A stretch of DNA of 64,000 nt from Mytilus californianus. Taxonomy: Eukaryota. The translations under genes and the position numbers were made by a program. The notes beneath the pieces are model-generated. The model was not told the DNA's origin. It was given only the letters and a program-made list of their open reading frames with translations, and searched no databases. The DNA is taken from contig NW_026262581.1 in assembly GCF_021869535.1 (NCBI RefSeq), positions 125,240,001 through 125,304,000 of the forward strand, in the 5' to 3' direction. Position 1 is the stretch's first letter, and every line of letters begins with the position of its first letter. Below are positions 36,110-49,523 of the stretch, one piece after another.

Positions 36110-39100
36110 TGAATCTAATTTGAATACACAATAAAATGTTTGAGACTTTTTGCTTGGCCTTACCAGTTCTTTAATTAATTTTTGTCAGTCTTAAAAAAAG
36201 TTTATCTGATTTTCTGCATGGCAGACAATTTCATTATGTACAAAGATTACAAAATTTACAAAACCTCGTTTTTTTCACAAAAAAATTGAAAAGATTATGA
36301 AAACAGCTTTTAGTATTAGTTTTAGACTCCATAGCCACTTCCAGCTAATCCCAAAGGGATGAAATTTTAACTTACAAGGTATCTGGTTCCTGATGCTAAA
36401 GTGCAAAATTAAAGCAAAACATAAGAAACTGCCAAGATGACTGCAGCTGATAATTTGAGAAACATCTAATTTGCAGAATTAAGATAACAACTATAGAGTG
36501 CACTGAATTCACAAATATTTTAATTTGTCACATAAAAGACACAAAATTTGACTTTTTAGAAAGTTCATAAACAAAAAACTGAATCTTTACTACTTTTAAA
36601 ATTTGGCACTTCTTGTATAGAAAATTAATCACTAAGTATATATTAACTGATAAATCATTTCTTTTGACATTCAACTTGACAAAGGGATATCTGATTAGAT
36701 GTATGAAAGCTAGAAATGTCTATGGTATGATTCAAAGCTGTTTATTTATAATAGGACCGATGATGTCTGTCTATGTAATGGTGGATCTTTGCATATTTTC
36801 CAAATTAAGTTGTCAGAATGTGATAAATGCTGTCCATTCTTAGTACTGTTACTATTCATAACAATGTTGTATAGATATTTTTGCTGAGCTGATTTCAGAA
36901 AAGCCTGATCTAACAATGTACCCCCTGTTTGCTTTTAAAGCTACAGCTGGGGTTTGATAAACCAGATAAAGACCTTAACTATATCCAATGATATTCTTCA
37001 AAGAAGTACCTATTGCAATCAAAGATAAGCCACATTTCCAGGTACAAAATACATCTGTAGATGATAGATAAGTCACCCAATTGATGTCACAGATGTATAT
37101 CACTCCATCAGCCGTACCCCCATGTTCTACCAGATGTGAGAATTTACATGCCTGACAAAACCAAAACTATTTTTCCCTGCTAAAAACAACATTGTTATGT
37201 ATTGTAAATATTTTTGTTTTTATAGAATGTTTTGAAAGTCTGTAAAATCATTGAGTGTACCAGTATGGAGTGGGTATGATTAATTGGAATGATCAGATTC
37301 TGTCTGAACTATCAGTGATTATAGATTGAAATCCAAACATTCTCATAGACTTACTGGATAAAGTTCTGTGTCAGAGAGATCTGGAAAAGATCTTAAATTT
37401 ACAGATAACTAATCAATGGTTACAACTGAAACCTAGGTTTTGAAGGCTGCAGACCCAAACCTCCATTATGACACTTAAACCAAACAGTACAGAAAGCTCT
37501 AAAATGACCTAACAGGGTCAATGATTCTTTTGATTTGTGGTACATGTATTATCATTTCTTTAAATTAGAAAAAGACCCTTTTAAAAATTTAATATCCTGT
37601 ACACAAGGATCTATTAAAGTGAAGAGTATCAAACAAGAGGCATTGTATACACAACGGTATAGATTTCTAACCTTCATACCTATCAGATTTCCCTGGAACC
37701 TACCAAGAAACACTTCATATTTAAGTACCTCTGCCTCCCTTGCTCTTCATGTGTTACTCAAGTAACTATCAAATAGATAAAAAATATCACATCGTTTGAT
37801 GATTAAAATGATTTGGGAATCCTGCTGATGATGAAAATCAGATAAATAAAGACTTTTTTCATTTTGTTCATAGCATGACAGTCCTCTTAAATTAATCTTA
37901 TCACTTGTTTAAAACATTACAAAGTCAATCCATTCATAAAATATAACTTCACATCAGCATGGTACAACAGTTCAAACTACTTCAATCACATCAAAAACTT
38001 ACTCAATAGGAGGATATTTCATTTATAACCTTTGTACAGCTAAAGATTGCTATCAAACTGATATTGTCTTGCATGCATATATTTGTACACTTGTGATGAT
38101 TGACAATTCATCTACAGGATAATTTGACAAACTCTGTGTCCAGCTCTAATGTTTTGGCCTTAAAACATGTTGGTTTTTAAATTTCTACATGCATTACACC
38201 CTGTTTTCAAGTAGCAGAAAACAGAACCACTAAATTTATTTACATCAAAATTTTTAAGGAGCAGATTGCCAGAAAATTTAAGTTTGTGAGATAAAAGTAG
38301 GATTTTTATAAAAACTAGAATTGAAAAGGTTGTGGGAAGAAAACTAGGTTAGACATTTCTCCCCAACTTACAAGAGAACTAAAGTTAGGACATATAGGAA
38401 AACATATAAAACATACTTAAATACTAACCACTATACTTAATATTACATAATAAGTTAAGTATTAAATTAATGATGTGTGTAAGCTGCCTTTAAAACACTA
38501 TGATGGATGTCTCAATGATATGATACATATACTTAGTCCTCAAATCTTTTATGAACCCTACTAAAATTGTCAACAGCAATGTATAATATTCTTTTAAATC
38601 AAATATAATGACATCAATTACATATTTAATGTAACGAAAACATTGGTTTTTTTACAGATGTATTCAACTTACGAAGAAAAATGAAAATTCTCTTTCTGGA
38701 GTAACCAAGTCTAAATACTTGAAAACAGAAACAAACCACAACTATCACTTTCTGTAAATGTTCATGCATGACTATTCCAAAAGAATCTTTAAGTTTTTAA
38801 AATTTCTTGTCATCACAACTGAGATAATATTACTGTTTTGAAGAATTACTGTTCATGTATCCATGTTTTTTGTATGGTTTAACTGCCAAATATTCAAGTT
38901 TCACTACAAGGCCCTTAGCAAAAAGATTCTGCTATGATGCTAACCAATATGTGTTCTTTGTAAGACTTTTTACCCTAGATGTTAAACATAACTTATTTAA
39001 GATAGTGTGATATAAAATTTTGTATACATGTAAAATGGCTTACAGACCAGTATCTAATGATCTATCTTGGTGAAACTTTAGTAAATATTATTAACATGTG

Positions 39101-39680
39101 TCAACATCTACTAAAGAAGTAACTCAAGTCCAATAAATATTTTGGAAACAAATTGTCTAAACAAGTTTTGTTATTTTTACAAAATATAGAAAATCTCTGA
39201 TTATCTGGGTAGACCACCGAAGATGTAATCCTAAACAATCTTTTTTCTTCAAATTGTTTGTGAACTTTATTGTGATGAAAGGTTGTTATTAGGTGTCTCC
39301 TAGATTAAACTGTTGGTGAGAATGTTTCTGATCTGATCACTAACGTAAAACTTTAAAAAACGTACAGCACTAATTGTTTATGTACATGCTTTTGGATTAC
39401 GGCAATGTCAACAATTTCATATACCAATACCGGGTTTTTTTCAAATACAATAAAACAGAACTTTTCAGTGTAAAATAATTCTACTTAGGGCCAAAAAATT
39501 CAGAATAAAAAGAAATCCTGCTTACCATCCCTTATAAAAAAATGGTTCAGTTGATATACAAGTTTAAATTTTGTTCAACAATATACATAAATCTAACAAT
39601 TAAGCAAATAAAACAATAACAAAACAACAAACAAACAAATGACTGGATTTGAGCAAAGAGTAAGAATCTGAGACAATGTA

Positions 39681-40864
39681 TCATACAACTTCACTTATGT
39701 TACTTTTTTTCTGAATTTCTTCATTAATGGCATGAAGTGACTTGCAAAGATGAATAAATCGTGGACGGTTGGTCGGTTTCTTACTCCAACACAATCGCAT
39801 TAACTCGTACAAAGCTTTAGGAGTTTTATCCGGACATGCCAGGACTTTGCCGTCCTTTATAAACTGAACAACTTCTTCGTGAGACATACCATAATATGGT
39901 TGTAGAGCGTAAGAAAACACTTCCCATAATACAATACCAAATGACCAGACATCAGATTCTGATGTGAATTTGTTATAAAGTATTGATTCTAAGGGCATCC
40001 AGCGAATAGGAATAGCGTCATGATCGCTGCCCTTATAATATTCCATACTATGAACACTTCTAGCTAAACCGAAGTCTGATATTTTAACAATCAAATTTTC
40101 ACCAACTAAACAGTTACGGGTGGCTAAGTCTCGATGAACATAACCATTATCTGATAAGTATACCATCCCAGTACATATCTGCATGATGATATTCATTTGT
40201 TGATTAGTTCCCACATGGTGGAATAGTTCTGAGGATTTTTTATCCACACTATTACGTCTAATTATGTAATTACTTTCTGAACTACAAAGTCTCAAAAATC
40301 CATTCAAATCACCGTTTTCCATAAATTCAAATAATAAACACATAGGCTTGCCTATTGCACAAATGCCCAATAATTTAACAATGTTTCGATGATCGAATTC
40401 AGCCATCAATGAAGCCTCTCTTTCAAAATCTTGTTGGAGATCTTCACTAGCATCATCTTTCAACATTTTTACAGCAACAAAACAATCCTCTGAATCTTCA
40501 ACTAGGTTCTTGGCCTTAGCTTTGAACACACGTCCAAAAGCACCTTGACCTATGTCACATAAGTATACAACATCATTTCTAGGATATTCCAAGGTTTGTA
40601 ACTTGGGGTTAAGTTTAATATCAGCCATCTTGTGATAAGAAATATTTGGCTGAAGTTTGTCCACATCAATGTCAAGGTCATCTTGTGGTGTTGAATTGTA
40701 TTTTATACTATGTCTCTGTCTAAAGATTTGGTAGCATAATATGCAAATGAGAGCAACAACAAATATTCCAACTGCTGTTACGGTAGAAACAATAGCAATG
40801 GCTTCTGTTGTCATAGTTGGTTTTTCTTCTTCCACTCGTCCTGTGGGTATTCGGATTTCTCCAT
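39681..40864 (-). CDS. MUSK: MuSK-like RTK terminal exon: transmembrane helix, juxtamembrane region and complete tyrosine kinase domain
   Basis: Acceptor ttttacag at 40866-40865. TM AIAIVSTVTAVGIFVVALICILC; LNPKL..LEYPRN; GQGAFGRVF; VAVK; HRDLATRN; DFG; DAIPIRWMPLESI. These are MuSK/Nrk-type rather than Ror/Trk-type motifs. TGA at 39683-39681. Confidence 0.95.
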
Positions 40865-41028
40865 CTGTAAAACAGTAATATACCGGTAAGCAATAAATTA
40901 TTTATTCAGATATTTTTCAATAATTTTTTTTTAAGTCTTTTTCCTCCATTTTATCATACGAATTTCTCAAATTAGAAAGGTTGTCAGTGGAACATATTTT
41001 TGTTATGTCTTAAAAGCTTTTTTGTCTT

Positions 41029-41076
41029 TGGGTAATTTGGTGTTCATATGTGTGGGTAATTTGGTGTTCATATGTG
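41029..41076 (+). repeat. Perfect 24-bp tandem duplication
   Basis: tgggtaatttggtgttcatatgtg x2. Confidence 0.95.
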
Positions 41077-42970
41077 TTATTGACAACTTCTCTACACTAA
41101 GGGTTATTTAGAGTTTGACATATACTTGACATATTGTATAGACATTTTTGTTTGTGAAAATAGTATGTTGATCTTTTTATATTTTGTTTCATTCAGTTGC
41201 TGTCTCATGGACATAATACCATAAATCTTCTTTTATTCATAACATTTATAATATAAATGTAGGGTATTGCTCTACATTTTAGTATGAATTTGTGTACATT
41301 TTTTCAAAACCTAGACAAATTAATGAGCATCCTTAGTTTTGCATTCTACAACTTTTGTCGCAGCTGAAGTCTCAGGATAGACAAAAACCAAATGTGGCTG
41401 GACTGAGAATGCCTAATTAAATAATAGCGATCTGTTTTTTTTTTTTTTTTAATTTAAAGGGTTTATAAATCTATGAAAAGTAGGTCAACCTGATCTTAAT
41501 GTGAACCACATCTATAAACACCTATCACAAACTTTGTATTATTGTGAAGGCATCACAAACTATGCACACACCAATAATTTATTTTTAATTTCAAATGCCC
41601 AAGGAATGCAAATACAAACTAAACAATATACAAAAAACACACCGAAAATCAGATGAATGTCTGTAAAATATCTGTATTTTGAAATGACCGAAATTAGCTT
41701 GAAAAGAGAAAAAATGTGTACCCAGCCTACATAGTGACAACGGGGGACCATAGAAATTGAAAGAAAAATCTACATGTCTTATCTTTATCTTTTATAAAAT
41801 TTTGAATTCCTAAAATTCCATGGGCATCTGGTAGACCAACTGTCCATTTGATGCCAATGACAGTCAGAAGTAAAACAAAATAACATCGATCATATGGATA
41901 CAAATATATATAATCAAAAGATTAAATCTATAGATAAAGTATACTAGGTGGTTGGTAATGTAAAAAATAATATAGAATTTAATGAAGCTTTCCCCAACAG
42001 TGATTTTAAAAGAGCTGTAAAACTCGTAAAAGCTATTATTAGGACATAAATTTGTCTTATCATTAGTGGAAAACTTTGAAAATAAATAAAACAGGTCTAC
42101 AACATAAAGACTATCTGTAAAATACATAAACACAGTCTGATTATAATCTGAATTTTATGTTGTTTTTATCATATAAAATAGTAATATACTATGTTAATTC
42201 TTCCTAATCTTCCATTTCACATCATAAATTTAATAGTTACTGGGATTTACTAGTTCCTGCCATTCAGTTTATCAATGTAATATTTTTGTATTTTTTTTAC
42301 TTTATGTATTTGACTGAAGGTTGTCTTTTAGATTTGTTGCACCTGTCTAAGATTTTCTCAGTACTTTATCCAATTCTTCCTTTAACCCCCACAAGTATAA
42401 GATACACATTGAGGGCGTTAGCCTGAATGGGTGTATATAATTTACAAGAAGATATTATTATTAATGCAGAATGATAGTTTTCAATGATTTAGGAGGGGAG
42501 TCTTTCAGCGATTTGATCAAATGTTATTGAAAAGCATGATAAATGCAGGGTATCCAATTTCATTGAACGACATCTTGGTGTAAGTAAGAAAGTGGTGATT
42601 TATCAACATTGACAAACAAACAATATTATTCAGCTGTGGATTTTAAGACCATTGCAAATTTTGCAATGAATATACAGTGGGGGAAAATCTGAACATTTTT
42701 CACCCACTGCAGAGAACTTAATCTTGAAAACAGTTCTCTTAAATCTTTAAATATCTTTGATAGCCACATTTAGATTGAATCCAACTTCTCTACTAAGACT
42801 CACGGACAAGAAATGTAGTAATTTTGTCTTTAAAAATTCATTTATCCATAAAAAGGATAACAGAGATTACAAAAATATTGGACAGTATAACAGACCCCAC
42901 CAACCATAAACACTCCCCCGAAAGAAATAGATGTACAAACAATGATAGCCTGACTAAGTACAGGACACAA

Positions 42971-43007
42971 TGTGTGTGTGTGTGTGTGTGTGGGGGGGGG
43001 GGGGGGG
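42971..43007 (+). repeat. (TG)n microsatellite joined to a poly-G run
   Basis: Read directly. Confidence 0.9.
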
Positions 43008-43362
43008 ATTAAACCAGTTTAATATGAACACAAACCTCCCCAATTGATAAGACTATATATTGACAATTAGAGTGATAATATAGTTGCTATGGACATATCA
43101 TTGCTAACCTTTTACATCATTTGGTCTATGGAGAGTTGTCTCATTGGCAATCCTACCACATCATCTTATTTTTATATGGTCTTTTCAATGTTGAAATACA
43201 GTCTCACTATCATATACCCCATATCTTTTTTAATTAATTTTATATCAGATATTCCAAATGGATATTTGAATAACATCTCCATTTAGATCACTGTCAAAGT
43301 ATACTGATGCGGAGAAACCTGCAACAATATGTGACAAAAAAGTTGTGTAGATAAGAACCTAC

Positions 43363-43605
43363 CACATTTAGGAACATCACATCTCTCCCATCTTATGATT
43401 CTATCTTGTGTATAACACCAAGGAGAATCCTCCTCAGATCCAGGATTTCTACAATAATTTTCTGCTCCCTCGAGACTGGGGAAGACATCTGGTGGTCTCT
43501 GATGATTATGTGGATTCTGTGATTCCCAAGCCTGGCAAGCTATTCCTGATTTAGTAGAGTTCACTGTACCATTATACCACTGTCCTGTTCCTTTGTAGCA
43601 GGAAT
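43363..43605 (-). CDS. MUSK: MuSK-like RTK, Kringle domain exon
   Basis: Acceptor tttgttag, donor TGTG|GTAGGT, 243 nt, phase 1-1. Has 6 Cys and the motifs CY.G.G..Y.G, NYCRNP, PWCYT. Confidence 0.95.
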
Positions 43606-44088
43606 CTAACAAATACAAAAACACTATGTTAACACTCATCATTCAAACTTTTTCAGAATTTACTTCTTTTGGGCACTATCATCTTCAATATGCATGAAAT
43701 ATTTGCCACAGGAAATTGAGCCCCAATAATCAATTAATCTTGGTTTCCAGTTTTGATAGCTATATGTAGGCAGTGCAGGAAAAAGGAAATTCATTATACA
43801 CTGCTGTGTATCCTAAGATCAATCTGTAAATAACCTCAGGTATCACTGGAAGTCTACATGAGTTGAAATCTTACACTCATTTACGGCTCATCAAATTTTA
43901 CAAATACTCTATTCTAATTTCTATCAATCAATAATCTTTCAAAAAGTGGTTTTTGATTCACAAAAATATATTTATATTAAATCCTTTCTACAGAATTTTA
44001 AATATGTATTTTTATTGCAGTTCTTCATCTCCAAATTGCACACTCCCCCTTTTGTGTGATTTTGAGACAATTATCAACATTAACATAC

Positions 44089-44261
44089 TTTTGGTTTCTT
44101 CAGGTTTCCTTACAAACATAGGGATATCTACACACTTCATGGTAGGATCTAGTTTATCTGGAAGTGTTTCACATATTGGTAATTTATATCCATCCATAGA
44201 ATGGACAACCATCAGCCATGCATCAAAACAAAGGAGTTCCTTCACTGCTAAACAACTTTGT
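44089..44261 (-). CDS. MUSK: MuSK-like RTK, Frizzled CRD second exon (QSCLAVKELLCFDAW...LPICETLP...KCVDIP)
   Basis: Acceptor tctttgcag, donor AAAA|GTATGT, 173 nt, phase 2-1. Pattern C..V...C...W...LP.C..LP is typical of MuSK/Ror CRDs. Confidence 0.9.
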
Positions 44262-47200
44262 CTGCAAAGATATATAAGATGGTGAAAAAACTTGTCAGTT
44301 CTTTATTAAAATTTGTAATACATGTATACACACTAGAAAGTTGTTATTCGGATAAATTATTCCATGATATCATGAATACAGAAAAATGATCGACTTAAAA
44401 AATTTAGGATGGAGTATTTCAGCAAAAGCATGATAAATATACAGGATAATGGCATCATAGTGTAAATAGTCATAAAAATCTCTATTGGGTGAAAAAGCTC
44501 CTATTAACAACCTTTGAATTAATATTGAAATAGAGAACTGTGGAAAACTCTTATGTTTGATGTACTTTAAATATTATGTATTAGGATTATGTTTCAGTAT
44601 GTCAGTGTATTGTGTTGAACATAGCCTTCTACTCAAGCCTTGTATACCAGAAGAATGGACCTATTTAGAAAGCACTTGTACTATTTATATTGGATATAAT
44701 TACATCATTTTTGGTCCTTTTCAAAGATGAATGAGGCCAAGTTTGCTGTGTGTGGTCTTGCTATATCTTGTACTTATATGAATGAAAAATCTTTTATTCA
44801 AATTCATCACAAGGCCAGAAGAAAATTATTTCAGATCTACATTTGTAAAAATCTGTGATCAAAAGTTGTTTTCCATCATGCTTTAAAGGAGTAAAAAGTT
44901 GCTTGCACTTTTTGGTATAATTAATTCAAAATAAAGATTGAATCAAACAGTTAATACAGTTTTTTTCTTATTAAATACAAGAAGTTTGAAGGCCAAAGCA
45001 CATATGCAAGACAACTTTCAAGAATAAAAAATACTGATATCTGACAGGCAAATGTCTTTTGAACATCTGAGGAATACTATTTGACAGATTCATTTATAAT
45101 ATTATTTGATCTTTGAATTCAAGGAAACAAAAAAATATGGCATTATATTTCCTTGTCCTTTAGTGTCAAACTTAGACTGATCAAAGAATTAAAGTTCTCA
45201 AGTACAGTTGAAATTGGAATAATGAAACATTTTGAGATTTCTCAAATTCAGATACCAACCATTGGATGGATGTAACACTATGAATTTCTCAATCAACTGT
45301 CAAAATTTAGACATTTTACATAATTTTCTTTTCTTCAAAACAATCTGATATCAGTTCCTCTGTCTGATGATAAAATGTAAAACTGATTTATGGTTACTGT
45401 TGCTTTTTACCTTTAATAGAACACAGGGATGATAGAACTATTTTTTACTTTAAACATCCTGATATGTAGTGGTTAAAGTACAAAAACATTTACCATCTTA
45501 TCATTTAACATGTAAATATACATTTGGTACAAAAAACAATGCCAGTTAGATGATTTATTGGTAATTCACTGAATAAAGTTTTATTATTTATTACAATAAT
45601 AAAGATGACATAATTTATATAATTCTTTGATGTGTGCTTAAAAATTTCCTGTATGCATAAATCATTGAAAATGCACTTTCCATGAAAACAAATCTTCCTT
45701 ACATATATCAAATAAAAAAATCAAATGTTATTTTTGCCTGCTACAATGAGGAATAAATCTGCCTGGATACTTTGTAATGGAGAATTTTCATTACATCTGA
45801 AATTGCTTCTATTCAATATGTTGATATATATCTGTGTCCTAACTAGATTATTATGTGTTTCTCCAAGAGGTCCATTAAGGATGCCTTGATAAATACAGTT
45901 GTAAAAGTAAATACATTATCAGTTGATCAATTATCCCTAATTCATTTCATATTTGCATATCATTTCATTCTATACAAAAAATATACACTGAGAGGAACAA
46001 TCTAGTTTTGTATGCAATCTAACAGGTCGTATAAAACAGGTGCTATAAAACCACAGTTACATACTGCTTTAGTTATGCACTCAACATATCTTACTTTTTT
46101 CTCATGAAATTAGAGAAATCAACTTGTTAAACTTATTATTAGGTTTATAACAGAAAACAGATTTATGGGTCATTTGGTTTTTCTATGTGATAGTGTTGAT
46201 TGCAATGGCCTTTTCTAATTTACAAGGAAATCAAACTTATTACTCTACATCAAATAAGGAGACACCCAGATTTAAATTTGTCCACAACCTCTTATTCTTC
46301 TCATTTACCAAGTGAGAAAATAATTTTTTAAACAGTTGCTTGGTTATCTTGCTTTACAATATTTTATATTCACAACTTTTTTAAGAGTATTAACACTAGT
46401 ATTTAATTACTGCATCAAAAGCTTTTTCTGGACTAATTTTTGGGTTCGTTTTATTTGTTTTTCCACTATAAGAGAGACAGAAGATACCAAAGGAATAGTC
46501 AAAGAAAACAGACAATACCATGACAAAAAACGAAAAAGAAAACAACAAAAAGACAAACAACAGTCTTCAAAACACTAAATAGAAAGCAAAAGCAGATCCT
46601 GCTCCTCATGTGGTACCTATCACATGACAAATACAAATACTTACAAGATTAAACATGGAATGTTCAGTTACTGACAAAATTCTAGTTTAAAAGTGACTGT
46701 GCTTCTCAAAAAGGGGAACCTTGTTAGTGACTACTATTTCATTTTGCCTTTAGAATAATCAGAGATTTGGTGTACTTGCATTGCTTGCTTGTCAGAATTG
46801 ATTAATTGCTTAACATCCCATAAAAAATTCAGGACAAGGCCTATCTGCACTGAAACAAAAATCACTAGCTTTCTTGAATAGTGAGTTCTTTGCTTCTTTA
46901 AATATATAGGGAGTGTGCCTCAGATAAAAAAAAAGATCTTCCAGGTGCAACACATATCTAAGTCCTTACATTCTAAAACCACAAGTTACCAAAGATTCTT
47001 TATCATTAGAAAAAGCTTTTGTATGAAAGTTGTATTTATAAAAGGAATGGTGGTGTACATGATTCTGGAAACAAGACAAGAATTATCTTTACATGTAAAT
47101 ACCATTTTATCTTATTGATAGAAACATTTAAAGTTTATAGATAAATAGTTATTCCACCTTTATACTCTTGCCTTATTTTAAACTCTGACATGAAAAGTTG

Positions 47201-48520
47201 CTAATTTGAGAACATTTTATCTCTATGAAATCTTATGATTGCAGGTGCAATATTGAACTAAGCATTAAAACCTTATTTTTAACCAGTAGGGGTCCCTAAT
47301 GAATAAAAATATTTATAAATAATAATGTTAAAAAAACATATTTTCAATCTTTAAGATTAAAATTTTTATGTTTTCTTTAGTTGAAACAGAGTTCAGTTCA
47401 TGCATGTTTATGATCATATTAATTATTACCTTCAGATGTGGAGGTTAAACAAAATCAAAAATTACTAACTGAAACAGCATTGAAACCCTTTTATTCTATT
47501 TTACAATACATTAACAGCTTTCCTGTTCAATGATCAAATAAAGTCAATCAGCCTACACCAAATAATTACAGTCAATCATGTAAAAACATTCTACAAATTA
47601 TGTAAACAAATTTTTAAGTACTACATAATTAAACTTTTTAACCTTCATATATGCAGCCATCAATCAATGTGTCGTCTTTGTGAGAATGCAGTGCAGCAGA
47701 AAAGTAAGTTTAATTTGTGTACATGTCAGGTATACACGAACAATACCACTTTATACCATGGAGAGATTTTATATCACAGAGGTGATGAAAACACGATTAT
47801 CTTAATCGCTTTAAAACAGATATTGTAATTCTAATCCCAATGTTATAAGTATAATATGCTTTATATTATTTTTATTTTCTTGTTATTGGAATTTTTTCTC
47901 TTTTGTTCCATTGTTAGAGTGGGCCGTGGGTTTCTTGTATTATCTCTATAATCATGTTTGTCATCTAATTTATAATGGGGGATAACATTATTCATGTGTC
48001 ACCCATACATAGTTTATATTAATTTATGAATTTTTATCTGTATGACAGGATATATTATAAATATAAATATGGGTAATATATCGCTTTCAGACCTCAATTA
48101 AATCTGATAATAGAAGATTAATATACTATCTTTTGATACTATCTTACTTAATGCTTTCCATAGGAGTCTAACGCACCTTAAATTCAGTCTGATGAGTCTT
48201 GATATTCAATTACTTTAAAATTATTATTTGGTTTGAACAGATCATAGTATAGATAAGAATTTTTTAATTAACATAGATATACATAGGGACAAAAACTCAT
48301 GAATTCAATTTATCATTTCTACACTTATTCTTGACTTTCTTATACAATTTTAGCTGTAAATAGCAAATACTTATTATTTTTATTCATAAACTTAACTGTA
48401 TTCTGGCTTCCGATTACAAGTTGATCATTTTTAGTAAAAACAGTAACAGGACATACCTTGCATCTATTTGCTTACATATATGTATTGGTATCGCATGCTA
48501 AAATCATATCCAATATTTAC

Positions 48521-48775
48521 CTGCACATATGTATTGGCTTGGCCTCTCCATTTTCATGATGACAGCTTGGGTATACATGGTTACAGAAGACTTTCTTTGC
48601 ATTAGACAGACATCTGTCACTCAAGGGGTTTAAGTTTTTCTTGATATCATGAAGCATGTCTATAACATCTCTGTCCAACTTCTCAAATGATACATTGACA
48701 ATCTTGTGGATTTGACCAGAATCTATTTCTGCACTGCAAAAACTTCCATTGTAAGGTACACACTGCCCAATTGGT
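48521..48775 (-). CDS. MUSK: MuSK-like RTK, Frizzled cysteine-rich domain, first exon (PIGQCVPYNGSFC...VFCNHVYPSC...IHMC)
   Basis: Not in the ORF track. Acceptor ttttttcag, donor AG|GTAAAT, 255 nt, phase 2-2. Has 6 Cys here plus 4 in the next exon, giving the 10 Cys of a Fz CRD. Confidence 0.9.
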
Positions 48776-49100
48776 CTGAAAAAAGCATAGGGGAACTTAA
48801 AAGCTAATTGCTATTCTATATGACTTGTTTACATTTATTAAATAATCTCAACGAAAACGAGATATGCGAATGCAAATAGAAATACTTGGTTGATATCATT
48901 GGCCATCATTGACTTATCATAAGTGGTAACAATTAAACTGACCTAATCACAAACTAATAAGCAAAAGTTCCAAAGTCATTGAACCATGACTGAGGGGGCG
49001 AGACCAAATAATCTCCAGGGAAATAAAATGTGCTAATGATTAAACAACTGCATACAAAATAGCATTGCCCCACCATTAGTGGTTCTCCTTAAAGTAAAAC

Positions 49101-49141
49101 CATAGATGTATAAACCCATCAGATGGGTTTATACATCTATG
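49101..49141. mobile_element. 41-bp perfect hairpin micro-MITE with 7-bp TSD
   Basis: catagatgtataaacccatc-a-gatgggtttatacatctatg flanked by gtaaaac at 49094-49100 and 49142-49148. Confidence 0.8.
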
Positions 49142-49463
49142 GTAAAACTGACCTAATCACAAACATTATTATTGATGATGCAGATGACACTGCTGTAGAA
49201 AACAAAATGCCTAAGTCTTTCCTGCAGGACTTCTTTGAAGTGAGACAAAACCATTATTTGGTTTCTTGGTTATAAATATTCTAATTGGTTCCAAATGGGC
49301 CTTTTTGGAATCTTTGCTATGTATTTTCCAAAAAATGACCATATGATATTGAGATATTAATCTTCACAGTGTTACATTATAAAGGTATCTGTTCAATTGG
49401 AACTCCATCCCATTTAAACCCATCTCTTTGATACTGAGATATTAAATCTTCACAGTGTTACAT

Positions 49464-49523
49464 CATAGATATATACCTATACCTATATTTTATACCTATA
49501 TTTTATGGGTTTATACATCTATG
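49464..49523. mobile_element. 60-bp micro-MITE of the same CATAGAT family with 7-bp TSD
   Basis: catagat...atgggtttatacatctatg flanked by gttacat at 49457-49463 and 49524-49530. An empty-site copy of the host sequence lies at about 49345-49430. Confidence 0.8.

Noticed and set aside
34070-39680. Possible very long 3' UTR of the RTK
   Set aside because: The region is ORF-free and largely unique, but poly(A) signals are too frequent by chance to place an end without RNA data.
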